Positions 24,401-29,873 of a stretch of DNA of 29,873 nt are shown here, piece by piece; the first letter of the stretch is position 1, and each line of letters starts with the position of its first letter. This DNA is from a virus. Taxonomy: Duplodnaviria > Caudoviricetes. The notes beneath the pieces are model-generated. The model worked only from the letters and a program-made list of their open reading frames with translations, made no database searches and was not told the origin of the DNA. The position numbers and the translations under genes are program-made. The DNA lies in the IMG/VR virus record IMGVR_UViG_3300042294_000202, positions 1 through 29,873 of that record, one strand, 5' to 3'.

Positions 24401-25741
24401 TTATCGACCCCCCGGCGGGTTTTTCGTCTTCTGTTCTAACGCATCAAGTTCGCTTTGCAATTCTGGCGTCCAAGACGGCTTTCCTTGCGGCTTACCAGAG
24501 AGCGAAGAACCAATTTCAATAGGCTTCTGCAAAAAACTTGGCTCTAAGATAATGTTGTTGACGTCTAATTGCCGATTTCCCGCCAACGTAGAGATGTTGG
24601 CTGCTTTCTTGCGTACTCGGTTGGTTGCAGCTTCTTCAAACAGCCGCGCCAAGCCTGCAATTTGGGTAAGCGCTTCGCCCGTCAACGGCTCGCCCGTCTG
24701 AACCTTATTCAGCAAAGTTTGCGCTCTAGCAACCAATCCCTGACGAGAAACCAAACGGTCGTACTCGCCTTCACGCACCACGCTGCCCGGCTCAATAAAC
24801 TTCATCAACAGCGTAACAAGTACGTCTTGCTGGATAGCGTTAGGCTTGCCGCCCGGCGGTACGCTTTGGAATATGGTTTTAACCTTGCCAATTTGGGATA
24901 GTTCATCCAAATCCGGCTTAATTGCGTTATCAAATTCGCGGCGTAAACGATCTTCGCCAGCGCTTCTAACGCGATCTCCAGCCAACGGATCAGGTGGCTT
25001 ATAACCGGGGATGCTTTCCCATTTTCCAAGCGCGGCGTTCCATTGCAGATTGCCGTGCGTAGCAGGCGGTTTAGACGGTTCTTCCGGCGTTTTAAATCCA
25101 GTTTCTTTTTTGCCGCCAAGCTTGCCAAATTGAACTAAATTGCCATCGGCAGTTGCAGTTGGCGCGTAATACTCCTCGGCCTCTGCGGGCGTCATAGACC
25201 GCTCAAGGGCAGCAGCAAGCAACGGTGCGCGTTTCATCGCAGCCGTGCCAACCGGCGTCATTGCCATGCCCAGCACTTCGTCAGGCGATTTGCGGTACTG
25301 CGATTGACGCGTAACTTCGCCCAATTCGGTTTGCTCAGGAACCGCAGCAGCCTTAGCGGTAAACGGCGTGGCTTGCATACGCTCGTTGTATTGCGTGAGC
25401 GTTTCTTCCGGCTTCTTAGCCATCTGCTGCTCAAGCTCTTTATCCGGCTGATAGGTGTAGCCACCTTGCAACCGGCCAAGCATACGTCGGCCATATTCGC
25501 TTTCGGTTTGCTCGGCTTTGGTGGCTTCTTCCATCGCCTTTTTGCGCTGGCGGGCTGACATGAACGACTGCAATGCCGAGACAAGCGGCGCAGCGGCAGG
25601 GGTCGGGGCGTCTGATCCCGACAGCGGGCGGTACGCTTGCGCCTCAAGGGCTTCTGCCATCGCCTGACGACGGCGAGCTTCGGCGGCTTGACGCTCATAC
25701 TCAGAAGGCATTGCAAAAGTTTGGACGTAATTAACTGGCAT
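24401..25741 (-). CDS. Internal virion / DNA ejection protein
   Basis: About 446 aa, containing MKFIEPGSVVREGEY. Located in the ejection cluster. ATG at 25741 follows GAGGGGA. Confidence 0.65.
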   Translation of the reverse strand: MPVNYVQTFAMPSEYERQAAEARRRQAMAEALEAQAYRPLSGSDAPTPAAAPLVSALQSFMSARQRKKAMEEATKAEQTESEYGRRMLGRLQGGYTYQPDKELEQQMAKKPEETLTQYNERMQATPFTAKAAAVPEQTELGEVTRQSQYRKSPDEVLGMAMTPVGTAAMKRAPLLAAALERSMTPAEAEEYYAPTATADGNLVQFGKLGGKKETGFKTPEEPSKPPATHGNLQWNAALGKWESIPGYKPPDPLAGDRVRSAGEDRLRREFDNAIKPDLDELSQIGKVKTIFQSVPPGGKPNAIQQDVLVTLLMKFIEPGSVVREGEYDRLVSRQGLVARAQTLLNKVQTGEPLTGEALTQIAGLARLFEEAATNRVRKKAANISTLAGNRQLDVNNIILEPSFLQKPIEIGSSLSGKPQGKPSWTPELQSELDALEQKTKNPPGGR

Positions 25742-26000
25742 TTTCAAAATCCCCTCTGTAACTACCGCCTTGTGGGGTGGTCATGCCGGGTGACTTAGGC
25801 TTGGGTTGTCGGGTTAACGGAGTTTGCGGAAACGTGCGACCAAATTGCGGTTGCGCCGGAACCATCGTCATCGGGTTCGGCGTGTACTGCATATCTTGGG
25901 CGGGCGTAAAATTGTCCATGCTACCGCGTTGTTGAAGGGCGTTAGCCAGCTTCTGTTGGCGTGACATGGGGCCGCTAAAAGTTTGATATCGCCCGTTCAT
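25731..26000 (-). CDS. Small Pro/Gln-rich hypothetical protein
   Basis: 89 aa with a GGAGG SD and a TAATG overlap. Confidence 0.7.
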   Translation of the reverse strand: MNGRYQTFSGPMSRQQKLANALQQRGSMDNFTPAQDMQYTPNPMTMVPAQPQFGRTFPQTPLTRQPKPKSPGMTTPQGGSYRGDFENAS

Positions 26001-28216
26001 TATCGGCCTCCGAAGTAACCGCCAGCAGCGCCAGCAAGACCGCTTAACAAGCCAAGCTGTGCGTTATATGCACCGACTTGGTTGCTGTAATTGCGTTGGG
26101 CGAAGTCACCCGCCGCCTGCGTTGCGCCAAACACCGGAGCCGCAGCCACGTTGGCACCTTGGTAGCCTTGGAACTGCGGCATATTGACTTGGACGCCTGA
26201 CATAAGCGCCGCAATCTCGTTAAGCGGCTGGTTACGCAGCGCAAGCTGTTGTTGCAACGACTGTTGCAGAGCCGTGTTGCCAAACTGTGCGTTTTGCAGG
26301 GCTTGGTTGTACTGCTGGAGTTGTGCGGCGTTGGCGAGTTGCTGCTGCTGGGCGGCAATGGCTTGATTCTGCGCCAATGCAGCGTTGCGAGCGGCTTGCG
26401 TATCCATCTGCTGACCAAACGCCTGACCCTGACCCGCCAACAACGCTTGGTAAGCGCGAAGGGCGGCATCTTGGTTTTGGGCAAGCGCTTGATTCTGCAT
26501 CTGCTGTGCGCCTTGGAACTGCCCAAAGTTTTGCGCGATGGCGGCATTGCGAGCCGCTTGCGATTCCATGCCCATCCCGAATTGGGACTGCAACGCTTGG
26601 TTTCCGGCTTGTTGCGCGGTCATCTGCTGACCAAAGCTCTGCGCCAACGCGGCATTTCGAGCGGCTTGCGCGTCCATACCCATGCCAAATTGCGCTTGTA
26701 GCGCTTGGTTGCCAGCCTGTTGCGCTGCCATTTGCTGTGCGAAGTTTTGTGCAGCAGCCTGATTGGCAAACTGACCGGCTTGCACCCCAGCGCCAAACAA
26801 CGCTTGTTGGGCGGCATTGCCAAACTCGCCTGCGGCTACGCGCTGGGCAAAGTCTTGCTGTTGGGCGGCGTTTTGCGATTGTTGTTGCGCCAAGGCCGTC
26901 TGGACGTTTTGTTGCAACGCTTGGTTGTAAACGTCGGTGCCTTGCACACCCATCCCAAACTGCCCAAGGGCAGCTTGATTGGCAAATTGCGCTGCGGCCT
27001 GCGCCTCGCTGAAGCCTTGCTGACGGGCGGCCATATCCAACTGCAAGCCTTGGAGGGCGGCCTGCTGAATCGCATCGTTCTCTTGCTGCTGCTGTTCGCG
27101 GATAGCGCGGTTGTAGGCTTCCGATCCTCTCGGGATGCCTTGGTTCGCTAACTGCGTTTCCAGCATTTGCCGCTGCTCTTGGATTTGCGGCAAGACCCTA
27201 GAAAGAATTGCCTGCTGTCCCGTGGTGCCAGCGGATACAGGCATGGCAGCCAATTGAGACGTATCAAAACCACGTTGAAGTCGCTCTGTGGGAACCTCAC
27301 CGCGAGCAAAGCCAAACGCTGACAGATTCGGGGCATATTGGACATCAGCGACCCCAGACGTATCCAATGCGGTTTGCTGTCGCAGCGGGGCAACGTTGCC
27401 GCCAACCTCATATCGGTTGGCTTCAAATTGAGCGCGAAGCTCTGGCGGTATCATGCCCGCTTGGGCTTCGTAACGGTCAGCATCAAACTGGCTACGCAAC
27501 TGCGGTGCGTTAAAACCACCTTCGGCAAGACCGAATAACCCACCGGCAGGGCCACCACCGGCCATGCCAAGCTGCGCCAAATTCGGGGCAGCGGTGTAAT
27601 CAAACGCCCGTACATCGCCGGACGAACGGCCCATGCCCATTAGGTCGGGCGCGCCTTGAACTTGACCATACCCGCCAAGCTCGGTCTGCAAGTCGCGGAG
27701 GTTGGGGTTGAAACGCTTGCCGATAATGTCTTGCGCGGTTCCAAGGGCGGTTTCGCCAAGGCCAGAAAGCCCAAGCTCTACGCGCTGCTGGGCCTCTAAA
27801 ATCTTCTGCTGTTCGGGCGACAGATACTGCTCAATGTAGGGCGTATCTTGGTCGGTCATCTTGGTAAATTGTTCGCGGGTCGGCGCGGTCGGCTTTGTTA
27901 CACCGCCAACACGGCTTGCGCCACCGCCATAAAGCCCGTACATATCGCCGTCGCGGTCAATTGCGCCAGCGCCTTCAATCTGCTGCTGGTTAAACGCCTC
28001 AAGCTGCTTGTTGTAGTCCTCCATCGCCTTGTTGTAGCCAGTTTCGTCAAACACGGACTTGCCGAATGTGACTTTCTGGCCGCCATAAGGCGTGGAAATG
28101 TTCGGGTTGGAGATGCGAGCAGTTAGCCGCGCTGCATCCAGATTCGCCTGTCCCTGCGCTTGTGCCGCAGCGGCGTAATCAGGTGCTGGAGGTGGTTTCG
28201 GTGACTTTTTGCCCAT
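26000..28216 (-). CDS. Gln/Ala-rich ejection (pilot) protein
   Basis: 738 aa. N-terminus MGKKSPKPPPAPDYAAAA, C-terminus GLLSGLAGAAGGYFGG, AGGAAGG SD. Follows the GNAT gene, like P22 gene 7. Confidence 0.75.
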   Translation of the reverse strand: MGKKSPKPPPAPDYAAAAQAQGQANLDAARLTARISNPNISTPYGGQKVTFGKSVFDETGYNKAMEDYNKQLEAFNQQQIEGAGAIDRDGDMYGLYGGGASRVGGVTKPTAPTREQFTKMTDQDTPYIEQYLSPEQQKILEAQQRVELGLSGLGETALGTAQDIIGKRFNPNLRDLQTELGGYGQVQGAPDLMGMGRSSGDVRAFDYTAAPNLAQLGMAGGGPAGGLFGLAEGGFNAPQLRSQFDADRYEAQAGMIPPELRAQFEANRYEVGGNVAPLRQQTALDTSGVADVQYAPNLSAFGFARGEVPTERLQRGFDTSQLAAMPVSAGTTGQQAILSRVLPQIQEQRQMLETQLANQGIPRGSEAYNRAIREQQQQENDAIQQAALQGLQLDMAARQQGFSEAQAAAQFANQAALGQFGMGVQGTDVYNQALQQNVQTALAQQQSQNAAQQQDFAQRVAAGEFGNAAQQALFGAGVQAGQFANQAAAQNFAQQMAAQQAGNQALQAQFGMGMDAQAARNAALAQSFGQQMTAQQAGNQALQSQFGMGMESQAARNAAIAQNFGQFQGAQQMQNQALAQNQDAALRAYQALLAGQGQAFGQQMDTQAARNAALAQNQAIAAQQQQLANAAQLQQYNQALQNAQFGNTALQQSLQQQLALRNQPLNEIAALMSGVQVNMPQFQGYQGANVAAAPVFGATQAAGDFAQRNYSNQVGAYNAQLGLLSGLAGAAGGYFGGR
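26261..27016 (-). repeat. 14 contiguous 18-codon repeats
   Basis: Residues 401-652 parse without gaps into 18-mers with F/Y at position 2 in 11 of 14 and N at position 13 in 13 of 14. Confidence 0.9.
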
Positions 28217-28622
28217 AACGCCTTCCTAAGAACCGACACGACTCCCGTGTCATAGTTAAAAACACGATGTCCCCGGCGGTGTCGGCGTTATGGATACGCG
28301 CTTCCTCGGTGAACCCCATTTTACCCACTAATCGCAATGCTTTGCTATTCCCGCTTGACACGGGAGCGATAATTTTGTCAACCCCACAGACATTGAAGGG
28401 GTAATCGAATATGGCCGCTAGGTAGGCAGGGATCATGCGACCCTGTACCGCGATATGGCAGACGACGGAACGACCGTTCCAGTTCTCGTACACCACACCG
28501 GCCACCAAATCGCCATCTTTTCGCAATCCAAGGGCGTTGGAGCGAGCGTCGTGGTAGCCGCCCCCAGTTTGGGAGCAGACCCATTCGCCCACATCCATGC
28601 CGCTTTCTATATTCCAGCCCAT
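28179..28622 (-). CDS. GNAT-fold acetyltransferase-like protein (P22 gp14 position)
   Basis: IFDYPFNVCGVDKI...NSKALRLVGKMGFTEEA GNAT motif. Likely start is ATG at 28622. Confidence 0.8.
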   Translation of the reverse strand: MGWNIESGMDVGEWVCSQTGGGYHDARSNALGLRKDGDLVAGVVYENWNGRSVVCHIAVQGRMIPAYLAAIFDYPFNVCGVDKIIAPVSSGNSKALRLVGKMGFTEEARIHNADTAGDIVFLTMTRESCRFLGRRYGQKVTETTSST

Positions 28623-29872
28623 CCGATTTGGAACACGATGTCTGTGGATGCCCATTGGAGTTGTAGGTTTTTGCTAGTGCTGCTCATTTGGATGCCAGCG
28701 CAGTAGCCAATACCCGTAACGCCTTGCCAGTTGTTGCTAATGATCGTGTCTTGACCCCATGTGCCGTCGTCCCATTTAGCGGTGTCCCAAAGGCCCGCCG
28801 TGGAGGGCGAATAAGACAGAGCCGCCGTAGAGGGTGCGAGGTCAAAGTCCACGTTGATGTCAATATTGACGGCTGGTTGCCCGTTGCTGAACAGGCTAGG
28901 CCGTGCGCGGGTAAAGTATTTCTTTACGCCACGCGAATCAAAGTAGTTAAACGCTTGTAGCGCCCGCCCATCAATGTTGTTGGTGCTGTCCACATAGCCC
29001 GTGGTGCCAATCGTCCAACACTTGCCGACAAATTGGTTGCCGCCAAAGTACGGGTCATCATTAAGGATGTTAAAGCAGTTAGCTGTCCACCCCGTAAACC
29101 GGCACCAAGCCTTTGTGATGTTGTTCATCACGAATTGTTCTTGGCTGCCCGTACTAACGGGGACGTTGACGATCAACGCATTGTTGTTTGCGTTGTAAAT
29201 CATGCCCCAACCAAAGTTGTTCTTGTAATTCTGAGCGGCAGCAGCAAACGCGCCTTGAATCTTGTCTGACAACGCCACGTTGGGGTCAAGGCGGGACGAT
29301 TGCAGCGCCGAGGCAAGCGGGAACAGCCCGTCAAGCGTCAACAACAGCAAATCGCCGCCGTACTTCATCATGCAACGCTTGGAGATAGGCGCACCCACCA
29401 TCCAAACGCCGATCAACGCCCATGTGGAGGCGCTAGAGGGGTCGGTTCCGCGATAAACAATGACCTCGCCCTTGTCGGTGACAAAAACAAGGTTGTCGTC
29501 TACGCCGTAACCAGCGTCAATCGTCCATGTGCCAAGGGCAACTAACGTGCCGCCAAGCCTAGCAACGGCTGACAGGTCAATTTCCTGCGCCGCACCGCCC
29601 ACCGCAAGGGTTGGCAGATACCATGCTTTTAGGGTGTCTTTTTGGATAAACCACACGCGGTTCTTAAACAGCGTGATATTGGAAAGCGTGGTAGTCGTAA
29701 CGCCGGTAATGGCAGGCGTTGATGCGCCATCTAACGCTGTCCAAGTTGATCCGTTGTACAGCAGCGGCTTGTCGGTGCCGTTGACGGCCATTAAATAATT
29801 GCCGCCCGGCGTGGTTACGTTGATGTACTCCCACCGGCTGTTGGTTAGGCCGCTAACCGCCGCCGCACCCAC
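28607..29872 (-). CDS. Tail hub / packaged-DNA stabilization protein (P22 gp10-like), 5'-truncated
   Basis: Beta-propeller-like composition (FKNRVWF, DDNLVFVTDKGEVIVYRGTDP, TKAWCRFTGW). Upstream of the GNAT and ejection genes, and open to the right edge. Confidence 0.75.
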   Translation of the reverse strand: MGAAAVSGLTNSRWEYINVTTPGGNYLMAVNGTDKPLLYNGSTWTALDGASTPAITGVTTTTLSNITLFKNRVWFIQKDTLKAWYLPTLAVGGAAQEIDLSAVARLGGTLVALGTWTIDAGYGVDDNLVFVTDKGEVIVYRGTDPSSASTWALIGVWMVGAPISKRCMMKYGGDLLLLTLDGLFPLASALQSSRLDPNVALSDKIQGAFAAAAQNYKNNFGWGMIYNANNNALIVNVPVSTGSQEQFVMNNITKAWCRFTGWTANCFNILNDDPYFGGNQFVGKCWTIGTTGYVDSTNNIDGRALQAFNYFDSRGVKKYFTRARPSLFSNGQPAVNIDINVDFDLAPSTAALSYSPSTAGLWDTAKWDDGTWGQDTIISNNWQGVTGIGYCAGIQMSSTSKNLQLQWASTDIVFQIGWAGI

Positions 29873-29873
29873 A

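Noticed and set aside
26261-27016. CRISPR-like array suggested by the periodic DNA
   Set aside because: The repeats are degenerate, in-frame 54-nt coding units with no constant repeat and unique spacer structure.

Overview
This window is most of the genome of a tailed dsDNA phage with a short-tailed, P22-like virion plan, probably infecting a Gram-negative bacterium (inference). It is cut inside a scaffold-like gene at the left edge and inside a gp10-like tail hub gene at the right edge, so the capsid and adaptor genes probably lie just outside. A mirror-image divergent promoter at about 12697-12737 splits the genome. Leftward (minus strand) are a Cro-like HTH gene, a C5 DNA methyltransferase with an overprinted second ORF, a structured segment, a nuclease, a Dps-like protein, an ART-like protein, terS, terL, portal, a fibre cassette and scaffold. 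Rightward (plus strand) are ERF, SSB-like, glycosyltransferase, NinB-like, DUF1364-like and wHTH genes, ending in tRNA-Gln(UUG). The right half (minus strand) holds the tail hub, a GNAT protein, three ejection proteins, fibres, lysis genes and an HTH-metallophosphoesterase. I recognise no integrase, CI repressor, replication initiator, helicase, primase or polymerase. The most striking feature sits where lambdoid phages keep their replication genes: a multi-hairpin, possibly pseudoknotted element of about 300 nt (10855-11150), facing a predicted antisense sRNA of about 72 nt with its own promoter and terminator (11102-11208). All protein calls come from motif recognition by eye, not from database searches.
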